A stretch of DNA of 64,000 bases from an uncultured Mycoplasmatota bacterium (GTDB lineage: Bacteria > Bacillota_I > Bacilli_A > RF39 > UBA660), in contig URIY01000002.1 of NCBI GenBank assembly GCA_900547995.1, positions 2,319 through 66,318 on the forward strand, in the 5' to 3' direction. The notes under the pieces are model-generated. The model had not been told where the DNA came from and did no database searches. It saw only the letters and a list, made by a program, of their open reading frames with translations. Shown here one piece after another: positions 9,453 through 19,543 of this stretch. Within the stretch, counting starts at the first letter, position 1, and each line of letters begins with the position of its first letter. Made by a program: the position numbers and the translations under genes.

Positions 9453-12400
9453 TTGATGTACTTGAAGAAATTATTAAATATTTTAGTTTTATTTAGTATA
9501 ATACTCACTATTTTTATGCCACTTACATATATAAAGGCTGATACAAATACTTATAGTGTTGTTAGTATAAAAAGTGATGGTAGTATAAATGAACTTGGTT
9601 CTTACAATGATTATAATAGTGCTTTTAATAAAATGAAAGAATATAATTCTAACGTAAATGATGTAGCCGTTATTAGAAAAAACGGAAAAATTGTTTATAC
9701 ATCATATGGTATCTTTAGACCTAGTACAAGTAATTCAACAATAAAAATTTATTCTGATAATGGCTCTTATCTTAGTTATATTAGTCCGTCATATAATAGT
9801 GATACATTGTTTTTAGACTATAATCCAAGTACTAATAAAGTTAAAATAATGATTAGTGGTCTTACGGGATGGGTTAGTTTAGATCAAGGTGATATTCATC
9901 CTATCTCTTATATAACTGATGGAACAAGTTCTACTTATGATAAAAATAAGAAATATGTTAAAATTTTGTATCCAAATGGAATAAGGTTAAGAGAAGGTGC
10001 TGGTACTGATTTTAAACAAGTTGGTTGTAATGGTGCTCATACATGTTCATCACAGGATGGTGGAATTTGGGCTAGTGGTTCATCAATATATGAATGGTTA
10101 AATTATGGTAATGTTACAAATGATGGTACTAATGATTGGTATCAAGTAAATATAAATGGAAATATTGGATATATTGCTAACGAAGTAGCCACTAAAGATT
10201 TGGAAGAATTTAATCCAAATATTGGTCAAAAACAAGATTTTAATACTTATTATTATGTAACTGGAGCGGGTGAATTATATCATAGTTATTATGCTACAGT
10301 TGCATCAGCAAAGGTGTGGACAACAAAATTAGGAAAATCTCCGTTATATTTAAAAGAAGGCGTTAGGTATTATAGTTTTGATGGTAATTACTTTTATGAT
10401 GATTTTACAAAGATGGTTAACGATTTAAGAAATGGTAATTATAAAAATGCTATCAACAAAATGCCATATTATAATTATTATCAATATCTTCCAACTAGAA
10501 CGCAAACACATTATAATGCTGAAAACTTAAATACCTATATTGGGTATGATTCCAAAATAGATAGATCTTCTTATTATCAGTTAGTATATAATGAAGAAAA
10601 GAAACAATATAAATGGACAGCATATGGTGATTGGGATTCTTTCCCTAAAAATCAATCAATGCTTTATGATGAGGGTAATTCCTTTATAGTATCACAAGAA
10701 AAATATGGCGTAAATGCTGCTCAAACACTTGCTCTTGCTATTAATGAAAGTGGTTGGGGAAGAAGTTATATGTCTGTTCGTGAATATAATATTTTTGGAC
10801 ATGGTGCTTTTGATTCTGCACCTGATGAATATGCTGCTAGTTATGAAAGTATTACAGCAGGAATTATGGCTCATGCTTTTAACTATATTGCTAAAGACTA
10901 TGCTAATCCAATAAATGGATCACATTATTATGGCAGTCATTATGGAAATAAACTAAGTGGTAATAATGTAAGTTATGCATCAGATGCTTATTGGGGAGAA
11001 AAGATGGCAGGCAATTATTATAATTTGGATAAATATTTTGGTTTTCAAGATTTTAGTCAAAGAGCAATACTTGGTATGAAACAAACTAGTGAAGCGGCAC
11101 CTGTTTATAAAGAACCATCAACTAAGAGTACAAAATATTATAATTTAAAAGGTATTTCTAATATTCCAGTTACCATTTTAGATACTGTTATTGGGGAAGA
11201 AATAAATGGAAATAATGTTTGGTATAAAATACAAAGTGATTTACCAATAGATGAAAATAGAAATTTAATTGATATCAACTTGGGAACATATAATTTTGAT
11301 ACTAGTTATGCTTATATCCATTCATCATATATCTATAAAGAATCAAGTGAACCGGTGATATACGCATCTGATGTTACAATTAATAGTGGTTCTAAGTTTG
11401 ATGCTCTATCAGGTGTAACAGCATATGATGCATGGGATGGCGATGTAACAAATAAATTAAAAGTATCAGAAAATAATGTTAATACTTCCAAAGCAGGTAA
11501 TTATACTGTTACGTATAAAGCCACTGATAGCGAAAACAATGATGCTATTAAAAGTATAACAGTTACTGTATTATCAAGTAAGCCGGTAATATATGCTAGT
11601 GATATAACAGTTAATATGGGTAACACTATAAACTTATTAGATGGTGTAACGGCTGAAGATTTTGAAGATGGTAATTTAACAAATAAAGTTATTGTGTCTG
11701 CAAATAATGTCGATTTTAATAAAATAGGAACGTATGAAGTAACTTATAGTGTTACTGATAGTGATAAAAATACAACAACTAAAACAATAAAAGTTAATGT
11801 TATCTTGCCTGAATATAAAGAGACAGATGGGTTATTTTATTTTGATTCATTAAAAGAAGCAAGTGGAAACTTACATATTAAAGGTTTCTTATCAATAGTA
11901 GGGGTAAATAATAATTTAGATAATAGTATTAAATATAATCTTATTTTAAAAAATGAAGATACAGGGATGGAAATAAGTAAATCTTTAAATCGTATTACTA
12001 ATAAAGATAATATGCCATTTAATATCGACAGTGAAAATGGTATTGATTATACTTATTCTTGGTTTGAAGGGGATATAAATATTGATGACTTATCTAATGG
12101 AAATTATTCATTATATATAACAGCAAATGATAATGAATATATTACAAGAAAACCTATATCTAATGTTTTTGGTGCAACTATGGTATCAACCTTTAAATCA
12201 TCTAAAAAAACAGCTTTAATTAGAAATAATTATGAATCAAGAGATGCAACTGTTCAGTTATTTATTAGGGATTCTCTTATTGGAGAAAAAACAAGTAATT
12301 CAAAATATAACATAAATAACGAATATAGTACAATAAAATTTGTTAACAATAATCTTGTTATTAAAGGTGCATCACATATTATAGGTGGTGACTATGCAGA

Positions 12401-12746
12401 CGGTACAAATGTTAGTCGTAAACTTATTTTAGAAAATACCGAAACTTTTGAACAAATATCATATGATATTGGAAGTATTACAAATGGAGATTATAAAGTT
12501 GAACTTAGAGTACCTGATGGTTTTGATAAAACAAGAGCATGGTTTGAAACTAATATTGATATAAGTAATCTTTCAAAAGGAACATATGTTATTTATATTG
12601 CTACATCATCAAATTTATCCGATTATGGAGAACTTCAAGATATCTTTTCTAGAAAAATAAATGAAAGTGTGACAATAGGAGATAAACATTATACATTTAG
12701 TGTCAATAAGGAAAAAAGATATCGCATAGAACTTAATGTATCATAA
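9453..12746 (+). CDS. secreted multidomain peptidoglycan hydrolase: glucosaminidase (GH73-like) with SH3b-like and bacterial Ig-like domains
   Basis: 1097 aa with a signal peptide (MMYLKKLLNILVLFSIILTIF...KA|DT). The mannosyl-glycoprotein endo-beta-N-acetylglucosaminidase signature is LALAINESGWG...FGHGAFDSAP. SH3b-like segments are WYQVNINGNIGYI and VWYKIQSD. There are two tandem Ig-like (DUF5011-type) domains, then two copies of a C-terminal domain of about 150 aa with no family match. Confidence 0.8.
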   Translation: MMYLKKLLNILVLFSIILTIFMPLTYIKADTNTYSVVSIKSDGSINELGSYNDYNSAFNKMKEYNSNVNDVAVIRKNGKIVYTSYGIFRPSTSNSTIKIYSDNGSYLSYISPSYNSDTLFLDYNPSTNKVKIMISGLTGWVSLDQGDIHPISYITDGTSSTYDKNKKYVKILYPNGIRLREGAGTDFKQVGCNGAHTCSSQDGGIWASGSSIYEWLNYGNVTNDGTNDWYQVNINGNIGYIANEVATKDLEEFNPNIGQKQDFNTYYYVTGAGELYHSYYATVASAKVWTTKLGKSPLYLKEGVRYYSFDGNYFYDDFTKMVNDLRNGNYKNAINKMPYYNYYQYLPTRTQTHYNAENLNTYIGYDSKIDRSSYYQLVYNEEKKQYKWTAYGDWDSFPKNQSMLYDEGNSFIVSQEKYGVNAAQTLALAINESGWGRSYMSVREYNIFGHGAFDSAPDEYAASYESITAGIMAHAFNYIAKDYANPINGSHYYGSHYGNKLSGNNVSYASDAYWGEKMAGNYYNLDKYFGFQDFSQRAILGMKQTSEAAPVYKEPSTKSTKYYNLKGISNIPVTILDTVIGEEINGNNVWYKIQSDLPIDENRNLIDINLGTYNFDTSYAYIHSSYIYKESSEPVIYASDVTINSGSKFDALSGVTAYDAWDGDVTNKLKVSENNVNTSKAGNYTVTYKATDSENNDAIKSITVTVLSSKPVIYASDITVNMGNTINLLDGVTAEDFEDGNLTNKVIVSANNVDFNKIGTYEVTYSVTDSDKNTTTKTIKVNVILPEYKETDGLFYFDSLKEASGNLHIKGFLSIVGVNNNLDNSIKYNLILKNEDTGMEISKSLNRITNKDNMPFNIDSENGIDYTYSWFEGDINIDDLSNGNYSLYITANDNEYITRKPISNVFGATMVSTFKSSKKTALIRNNYESRDATVQLFIRDSLIGEKTSNSKYNINNEYSTIKFVNNNLVIKGASHIIGGDYADGTNVSRKLILENTETFEQISYDIGSITNGDYKVELRVPDGFDKTRAWFETNIDISNLSKGTYVIYIATSSNLSDYGELQDIFSRKINESVTIGDKHYTFSVNKEKRYRIELNVS
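11341..11815 (+). repeat. tandem intragenic repeat encoding two bacterial Ig-like domains
   Basis: Protein repeats S[EK]PVIYASD[VI]T[VI]N.G......L.GVTA.D..DG.[VL]TNK...S.NNV...K.G.Y.VTY..TDS..N....K.I.V.V, each about 79 aa and adjacent. Confidence 0.7.
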
Positions 12747-12748
12747 AA

Positions 12749-12775
12749 AAGAGACCAGTTGGTCTCTTTATTCGT
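12749..12775. terminator. bidirectional rho-independent terminator between convergent genes
   Basis: Perfect hairpin aaaaaGAGACCAgtTGGTCTCtttatt flanked by A- and T-runs. It sits between the stop of the + strand hydrolase and the stop of the - strand PASTA gene. Confidence 0.8.
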
Positions 12776-14606
12776 TTATAATAATAGTGTAAGTATTACA
12801 ATCTTTAATGGTTGATCCTGAGGTAATAGGTGAATCATCATGAATATATCCTGCAGGATTATTGCCTGCTTTTGTCGTATAATTAAATGTAATATTTGGA
12901 TATTGTGCTGATAATTTACTTTTCAATGTTGCAATAGTTGTATTTGCAGAACCACCAGTTACCCAGTTTGGTTGGATTACTAATGTATATGTATTAGAAC
13001 TATTACAAGTTGGTGTTACAGGATCTGGTTTTTTTTCTGGCTCTGGTCCATTACTAATAGTTAATGTTATACTAGTATTTTCAGCAACAACGGAATTTTT
13101 ACTCATTGATTGTGACATAATATAACCACTATCAACGCTACTACTATATCGATATGTAAATGAACATTTTAATTTAGAACTTGTACATAATGAACTAGCA
13201 CTGCTTTTTGTTTTTCCATAAAAGTTTGGTACAGTTGTAGATGGCCCTTTAGAGTATATTACTTTAATTGTCTCATTTAAATTAATATATTCACCAACAT
13301 TAGGTGTGACAGAAATAATTGTTCCAGTAGGGTTTTCATTAAATTCACTATCTTCTTCATAGTGCAAATTTAAGCCATCTGCCCAAGCTCTAAATGATGC
13401 CATACTATCAAATTTTTCCATTTTTAGTTTTCCTTTAGAAATAGTAAGTTCAATGATTGTTCCTTCTTCAACTTTACTATTAATAGGGTAGTTACTAGAA
13501 ACAATGGCTCCGGTTTCTATTTCATTATCATATGCTTCTTTAAATTTTAATTTTAATTTATTATCTGTGATCCATTTTGTGGCATCACTAACATTCATTG
13601 ATGTAAAATCAGGAATATTAATTTCTTTACCTTTAGAAATAATAATGGTTACAGTTTGTGTTTTCGGATCAATAGTTGTTCCTTCTTTTTCACTTTGACT
13701 TATACAATAATCTCTAGATATATTATCGGAAAATTCATAAGTTATTTCATATTTAATACCATTTCTTTTTAGCCATAATGTTGCTTCAAACAAAGATTTT
13801 CCTTTCAAATCAATCATTGAAACGCTAGCTAAATCTTCTTCTTTACCAAGGGATACTATAAGTTCAAGTGCATCATTTCTTTTAATTTCACCATTAATAT
13901 TTTGTGAAATGATAATATCTTTATCTACTGTATCACTTAATTCATAATTAATACTAACATTGTTCATAAAATTATCATTAATTATCTTTAAAGCTTCATC
14001 AATATTTAAACCAACTAAATTTTGTAAGATAATCGTTTTATCATAATTTGGCCCACTAGATACTGTTAAATTAATTTCTTTTACATCTTTAATTAATGTA
14101 TTCGCGTCAATATCTTGATTTATGATAAAATATTCTTTAACTAAATCACTGTATTCATAATTCTGATTAATCTTAATCTTTTTCTGTTCTGCCCAAATAA
14201 GAACATCATTTATATTTTTATTAATTAAATTACCAAGCACTTCTCTAGTAGGAAGTTTTATTATATTTAAATTAGTAAGTAAATTGAATATAATAAATAG
14301 TCCCATAAATATACCAGTTATACTAAGCATAATATTTTTAATTCTATGTTTTTGAATAATTGAACTAATTCCAAAAGTAATGGTTGTAAGAAAGATAAAT
14401 AAACTATTTATAATAACAAATAAATTATTTACCTCATTTTTAGAATTTAAAATATTATATATTAAATATGATGCACTAAGAAGCATTAATAGTGATACTA
14501 TAATACATAATATAATTAAAGATATCTTTTTTGTTTTCTTTTTTTCATCTTTTTGCTTAATTTTATCAAGACCTTCTATAACTTTTGTTTTCTCATCATC
14601 TTTCAT
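12768..14606 (-). CDS. membrane protein with multiple extracellular PASTA domains and no kinase or PBP domain
   Basis: 612 aa. The N-terminus is a cytoplasmic K/E-rich tail plus 3 TM helices. It is followed by 5-6 repeats matching the PASTA pattern (e.g. NINDVLIWAEQKKIKI...YSDLVKEYFIINQDIDANTLIKDVKEINLTVSSG; LKGKSLFEATLWLKRNGIKYEITYEFSD...ISQS; IPDFTSMNVSDATKWITDNKLKLKFKEAYDNEIETGAIVSSNYP). No Ser/Thr kinase or transpeptidase domain is attached. Confidence 0.7.
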   Translation of the reverse strand: MKDDEKTKVIEGLDKIKQKDEKKKTKKISLIILCIIVSLLMLLSASYLIYNILNSKNEVNNLFVIINSLFIFLTTITFGISSIIQKHRIKNIMLSITGIFMGLFIIFNLLTNLNIIKLPTREVLGNLINKNINDVLIWAEQKKIKINQNYEYSDLVKEYFIINQDIDANTLIKDVKEINLTVSSGPNYDKTIILQNLVGLNIDEALKIINDNFMNNVSINYELSDTVDKDIIISQNINGEIKRNDALELIVSLGKEEDLASVSMIDLKGKSLFEATLWLKRNGIKYEITYEFSDNISRDYCISQSEKEGTTIDPKTQTVTIIISKGKEINIPDFTSMNVSDATKWITDNKLKLKFKEAYDNEIETGAIVSSNYPINSKVEEGTIIELTISKGKLKMEKFDSMASFRAWADGLNLHYEEDSEFNENPTGTIISVTPNVGEYINLNETIKVIYSKGPSTTVPNFYGKTKSSASSLCTSSKLKCSFTYRYSSSVDSGYIMSQSMSKNSVVAENTSITLTISNGPEPEKKPDPVTPTCNSSNTYTLVIQPNWVTGGSANTTIATLKSKLSAQYPNITFNYTTKAGNNPAGYIHDDSPITSGSTIKDCNTYTIIINE

Positions 14607-14726
14607 TTTTTACCTCCTATTATAACTATATTATACATTATTTTACATTAAAAATAAACTAGTAAAAATTGTCTTTTGTAAAGATTTAGTATTATGTTAT
14701 AATAATTAGAGAATAGAGGAGATACA

Positions 14727-15965
14727 ATGGCAAATATAAGTAATTTTCTTGATAAATATATACATAAAATTATTATAATTATTTTACTATTTAATCCTTT
14801 TTTGGATATATTAACGTCAATATTTATAAATGTTTTTAAGATAAATTTTACTATAGGTATGATATATAAAACAGTAGTATTATTCGCCTTTTTGTACTAT
14901 TATTTCTTTTGTATAAAAAACAAAAGTAAAAAAACAAGTAATATTTTTATATTATGTATTATTTTTTACTTTCTTATTAACATTATTTATCATTTAATGA
15001 TAGGTAATTCTTTTAAAAATGAGTTTATTTTTACTTTTAAAAGTTTTTATTTTCCTATGTTTTTAATATTAGTTTGGAATATATGTGAATATAAGAAAAT
15101 AGATATTAAAGATAAATATTTATATTATACGGTATGTATATATGCACTTACTATTTTTGTTGCATATATAACTGGAACTTCTTTTAAAAGCTATGATGTA
15201 AGCAAAATTGGTGCAGTTGGATGGTTTAATTCGGCTAATGAAGTAGGAAATATTGTGGCAATATGTTTACCTATTTGTATTTCTTATGTTTTTAAATCGA
15301 AAAAAATAGTTAATTATTTACTTTTCCTTTTGATATTGCTATCAATAATTATTATGGGTACTAAAACACCAATACTAAGCTTAATTATATGCTTTATCTA
15401 TTATTATATAAAAGTCATTATTCAGTTTATTAAAAATAAAAAATATAAATTATTAAATTATCTTTTGTTTAGTTCCTTTTTATTAATTGGAATAACTATT
15501 CTTTGTTTACCTATGATGCCTTTTTATAAAAATTTAATAATACATTTAGAATATTTAAATATTCATAGCTTTAATGATTTTTTTAATATTAAATTATTTG
15601 ATCATTTCTTTTTAGGCTCACGTCTTATGTTTTTAAAAAATACAAGTATAGTATGGTTAAATTCTGATATTATTTCCTATTTATTTGGTATAGGAATAGG
15701 AATAAATAGTAAACTTATTGAGATGGATTTATTTGATATATTTTTTAGATTTGGTATAATAGGGTTGATAGTTTATATAATACCTATTATTTATTTGTTA
15801 AAATATAATAGAGTTAAAAATAATAATTATCTAATTTCAATTATATTAATACTTTTTATATCTTTAATAGTTGGACATGTTCTAATAAAACCAAGTGTTA
15901 GTATTGTTGTTAGTGTAATAATTATAAAATATTTAAGAAGGAATGATAGCAGTGAAAAAATTTAG
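14727..15965 (+). CDS. O-antigen ligase/polymerase-like (Wzy/WaaL family) polytopic membrane protein
   Basis: 412 aa with about 10-12 TM helices and a larger extracytoplasmic loop near the C-terminal third. Being next to a GT2 gene supports a surface-polysaccharide role. Confidence 0.55.
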   Translation: MANISNFLDKYIHKIIIIILLFNPFLDILTSIFINVFKINFTIGMIYKTVVLFAFLYYYFFCIKNKSKKTSNIFILCIIFYFLINIIYHLMIGNSFKNEFIFTFKSFYFPMFLILVWNICEYKKIDIKDKYLYYTVCIYALTIFVAYITGTSFKSYDVSKIGAVGWFNSANEVGNIVAICLPICISYVFKSKKIVNYLLFLLILLSIIIMGTKTPILSLIICFIYYYIKVIIQFIKNKKYKLLNYLLFSSFLLIGITILCLPMMPFYKNLIIHLEYLNIHSFNDFFNIKLFDHFFLGSRLMFLKNTSIVWLNSDIISYLFGIGIGINSKLIEMDLFDIFFRFGIIGLIVYIIPIIYLLKYNRVKNNNYLISIILILFISLIVGHVLIKPSVSIVVSVIIIKYLRRNDSSEKI

Positions 15966-16881
15966 TATTATTGTACCTGTATATAATGTTGAGGCATATT
16001 TGGATAAATGCTTGAGTAGCCTTGTAAAGCAAAATTATAATGATTATGAGGTAATTGTTGTAAATGATGGGTCAACTGATAAATCAAGAGAAATAATGAA
16101 AAAATATGAAAAAGAATATATGTGCATAAAGGCTTTTGATAAAGAAAATACTGGTGTATCCGATACAAGAAACTACGGAATAACACTTGCTAGAGGAGAA
16201 TATCTTGTTTTTATTGATAGTGACGATTATGTTGATAATGATTTTCTCCTTAATCTTGAAAAATATACCTGTGAAAAACCAGATATAATTAAATATCAAT
16301 ATAAACTTATATATAATGATCATGTTGAAGTTATGAATGATAATATTAATTCTACTAAAATATATGATGGAGAAACTTTATTTAAGGAACTTACATATAA
16401 CAAGAAACCATATGATTTAGCGTGTATATATGCTTTTAATAAAAAGTATTTTGATAATAATAACTTTAAATTTGAAATAAATTGTTATCATGAAGATTTT
16501 GCTTTAATACCAATTACAATATTAAAAGCACATAGTATCGTTTGTGCAAGTGATGTTTTTTATAATTATGTTCAAAGAAATAATAGCATTATGCATATGA
16601 ATAGTTATGAAAAAAATAAAAAACGTGTTTATGATATGCTTCATCATTTTGATAATATGTATAAAATTATAAATAAAGACAACAAATTATCAGAAGAAAC
16701 AAAAGAACTATTTAATAGTTATATTAGTAATGCTGTCATTTGTAGAATAGATATTTTAAATAATGATGATAAAAAGGATTATATAAAAGATCTAAAGAAA
16801 AGAAGAATATTTGATTTAATTCAAAGTAAAACATTTGGTCAAAAATTAAAAAAAATATATTATAAGATAAAGTATAAATAA
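15943..16881 (+). CDS. family 2 glycosyltransferase
   Basis: The N-terminus FSIIVPVYNVEAYLDKCLSSLVKQNYNDYEVIVVNDGSTD carries the DxD motif FIDSDD, the GT-A (GT2) fold signature. Confidence 0.85.
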   Translation: MIAVKKFSIIVPVYNVEAYLDKCLSSLVKQNYNDYEVIVVNDGSTDKSREIMKKYEKEYMCIKAFDKENTGVSDTRNYGITLARGEYLVFIDSDDYVDNDFLLNLEKYTCEKPDIIKYQYKLIYNDHVEVMNDNINSTKIYDGETLFKELTYNKKPYDLACIYAFNKKYFDNNNFKFEINCYHEDFALIPITILKAHSIVCASDVFYNYVQRNNSIMHMNSYEKNKKRVYDMLHHFDNMYKIINKDNKLSEETKELFNSYISNAVICRIDILNNDDKKDYIKDLKKRRIFDLIQSKTFGQKLKKIYYKIKYK

Positions 16882-16950
16882 AAACATCAAGAAATATCAT
16901 TAGATGTTTTTTTTCGACATAAATTTATTCTTTCTAGTAGGATAATTATA

Positions 16951-17439
16951 ATGGTGATGAAAATGAAATTTAAATTTTTATTTCCTTTAGTGCTTGCTAT
17001 TGGGATTGGATTTGGATTTGGTAAATTAATGTTTAGTCAGTATGATTCAAAAATAAGTATTAAAACAGTATTTGGTGATAAAAGTGAAAAGGTTTATTTT
17101 ATTCAACAAGGAGTTTATTCATCAAAGGAAAGTATGGAAGAAAATACAACGGATTTTCCTTATTATATTTATGATATCTTAGATGATAAGTATCATGTAT
17201 ATATAGGTATAACAAAAGATACTAAAAATACAGATAAATTAAAGGAGTATTTTGAAAAAAAAGGGTATATTATATATGTAAAGGAAATAAACGTAAGTAA
17301 TAAAGCCTTTTTAGATGCGATTAATAGTTATGATGAATTATTATCCAAAACAACTGATGATAAGTCTATTCAAACTATTTGTAATCAAATATTAGTAAAG
17401 TATGAGGAGTTGGTAAAGCAAAGTGAATCTAAAAATTAA
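16951..17439 (+). CDS. SPOR-domain membrane-anchored protein
   Basis: 162 aa with an N-terminal TM/signal segment (FLFPLVLAIGIGFGF). The C-terminal region is SPOR-like (YFIQQGVYSSKESMEEN...YHVYIGITKD...KLKEYFEKKGYIIYVKEI). Confidence 0.5.
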   Translation: MVMKMKFKFLFPLVLAIGIGFGFGKLMFSQYDSKISIKTVFGDKSEKVYFIQQGVYSSKESMEENTTDFPYYIYDILDDKYHVYIGITKDTKNTDKLKEYFEKKGYIIYVKEINVSNKAFLDAINSYDELLSKTTDDKSIQTICNQILVKYEELVKQSESKN

Positions 17440-18106
17440 AGATATACCAGTAGATGAAAGACCTAGAGAAAGACTTATTAATTATGGTGTAAATAGTTTA
17501 TCTACGGAGGAACTACTTGCTATTATTATTAAAAATGGTACTAAAAATAATTCGGCCAAAATGCTTGCTAGTGAAATTATATCTAAAACAGATGGACTTA
17601 AAAATACTGAGATTCTAAATTATGAATTTTTAAAAAGTATAAAAGGAATTGGTAGTGCTAAAGCATGTGATATCGTTGCATCTCTTGAACTAGGTAAGAG
17701 AGTAAACCAAAATATTAAATCCATAAATGGTATAAAATTTACTAATTCTTCTTTAGTCTTTGATTACTACAAGAATATTATTGGTGATAAAAAACAAGAA
17801 TATTTTTATGTTGTTTATTTAGATAGTAGCAAGAAAATAATCAAAGATAAAGTTTTATTTATGGGGACACTTAATCATAGTATTGTTCATCCGAGAGAAG
17901 TCTTTAAAGAAGGTTATTTAGTCAGTGCTTCAAGTTTTATATGTGTCCATAATCATCCAAGTGGCAATGTTTTACCAAGTCGTGAAGATATAGAAATTAC
18001 AAAACAATTAAAAGAAATAGGTACTATGATGGGAGTACCACTTGTTGACCATATTATTATAGGGATAGATAAGTATTATAGTTTTTTTGAAAATGGTGAT
18101 ATATAA
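17423..18106 (+). CDS. radC: RadC-family JAMM/MPN-domain protein
   Basis: 227 aa with a helix-hairpin-helix N-terminus and the JAMM motif HNHPSG...S..D. Confidence 0.9.
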   Translation: MNLKIKDIPVDERPRERLINYGVNSLSTEELLAIIIKNGTKNNSAKMLASEIISKTDGLKNTEILNYEFLKSIKGIGSAKACDIVASLELGKRVNQNIKSINGIKFTNSSLVFDYYKNIIGDKKQEYFYVVYLDSSKKIIKDKVLFMGTLNHSIVHPREVFKEGYLVSASSFICVHNHPSGNVLPSREDIEITKQLKEIGTMMGVPLVDHIIIGIDKYYSFFENGDI

Positions 18107-18143
18107 CTTTAAAAAGAAAGATAAATATATTATAATTAAATAG

Positions 18144-19010
18144 GTGAATGGTATGTATAAAAAGAAAAAAATAGATAAGAAAAATATTTACATAATTAGT
18201 ATTATTGTTATTTTAGTTTTTGTTTCAAGTATAATATATATATTAAAAAAAGATAGAAATTTAAACCCTTTTGAAAAGGTGATTAAAGATACATGTTTAA
18301 CTATTAGTAGTACCTTTTATAAACCTGTTACATTTATTAAAAATAAAATAAATGAAGCTCATGAGAAAAAGAAAATATATAAAAAGTATAAGGTACTAGA
18401 AGAGAAATATAATGCTACCAATTTTGACAGTGCTAAAATGAAGGAATTAGAAAAAGAAAATAATGAGTTAAAAAAACTTCTTGAACTAAAAGATACTTTA
18501 TCTGAATATCAAAAAATTAATGCAACTGTTGTAAATCGTAATGTTGGATATTGGTATGACACCATAACAATTGATAAGGGTGAGTCTTCGGGAATTGGAA
18601 AAGGTATGGCTGTAGTTACTAATGATGGCCTTATTGGTAAAGTTGTTAATACAAGTTATTTATATAGTACTGTTAAACTTTTAACAAGTGATGAATTAGG
18701 TCAAAAAGTATCTGTTAAAATAAGTCTTGATGATAATAATTATGTATATGGCCTTTTATCTTCATATGACCAAGATGAAAAGAGTTTTGTTATTGAGGGA
18801 ATATCAGAAAATGTTGATATAAAGGAAGGTGCCATGGTTACAACGACGGGCATGAGTAGCATTTTTCCAAGTGGTATATTAATTGGATATATAAAAGGTG
18901 TAAAGAAAGATAATTTTGATTTAACGATGCTTGCTCTTGCCAAAGCAAGTTATAATGTTGATAATATAACGTACGTTAGCGTTTTAAAAAGGAATAGTGA
19001 GACAGAATGA
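18144..19010 (+). CDS. mreC: rod shape-determining protein MreC
   Basis: 288 aa with an N-terminal TM, a coiled-coil (ENNELKKLLELKD) and C-terminal beta domains (GMAVVTNDGLIGKV...). It lies directly after radC, as in Bacillus. Confidence 0.85.
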   Translation: MNGMYKKKKIDKKNIYIISIIVILVFVSSIIYILKKDRNLNPFEKVIKDTCLTISSTFYKPVTFIKNKINEAHEKKKIYKKYKVLEEKYNATNFDSAKMKELEKENNELKKLLELKDTLSEYQKINATVVNRNVGYWYDTITIDKGESSGIGKGMAVVTNDGLIGKVVNTSYLYSTVKLLTSDELGQKVSVKISLDDNNYVYGLLSSYDQDEKSFVIEGISENVDIKEGAMVTTTGMSSIFPSGILIGYIKGVKKDNFDLTMLALAKASYNVDNITYVSVLKRNSETE

Positions 19011-19504
19011 TTCCTTTAATTTTCATTATTGTATCATTCATTTTGGAAGGATTATGCTCTTTAATTTTTAATTCTTCTTTACTGGCAACTACTTTTTCCT
19101 TTTTATCTCTTCTTTTTATATATCCTTTTGTAAAAGAAAAGAAAAATTTTATGATTATATCTTTTATATTTGGTCTTATATATGATATTACTTACACGGG
19201 AACTGTTCTTTTAAATGCTTTTATTTTTTTAGTTGCATCCATAATTATTATTAAATTATATAAAACATTTCAAATGAATCCTTTTAATATTATTATCATA
19301 AGTATAAGTTTAATTATCATATATCGCAGTATAACATATTTATTTTTACTAAGTATAAGCAATCAATCATTTAATATAATGGTTCTTTTAGAAAGTATAT
19401 ATTCTTCATTAATATTAAATGCTACATATGTTTTTATAATATATTTTATACTGACAAGAAAATGTTTTAAGAAAAGAATTCAAAATAGTAAAATAAAGTA
19501 TTAA
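19007..19504 (+). CDS. mreD: rod shape-determining protein MreD
   Basis: 165-aa polytopic membrane protein whose start overlaps the mreC stop (ATGA). The position is conserved. Confidence 0.7.
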   Translation: MIPLIFIIVSFILEGLCSLIFNSSLLATTFSFLSLLFIYPFVKEKKNFMIISFIFGLIYDITYTGTVLLNAFIFLVASIIIIKLYKTFQMNPFNIIIISISLIIIYRSITYLFLLSISNQSFNIMVLLESIYSSLILNATYVFIIYFILTRKCFKKRIQNSKIKY

Positions 19505-19543
19505 TTTACTATTTTTTTCATATAAATTAATGGGTGATAAGAT

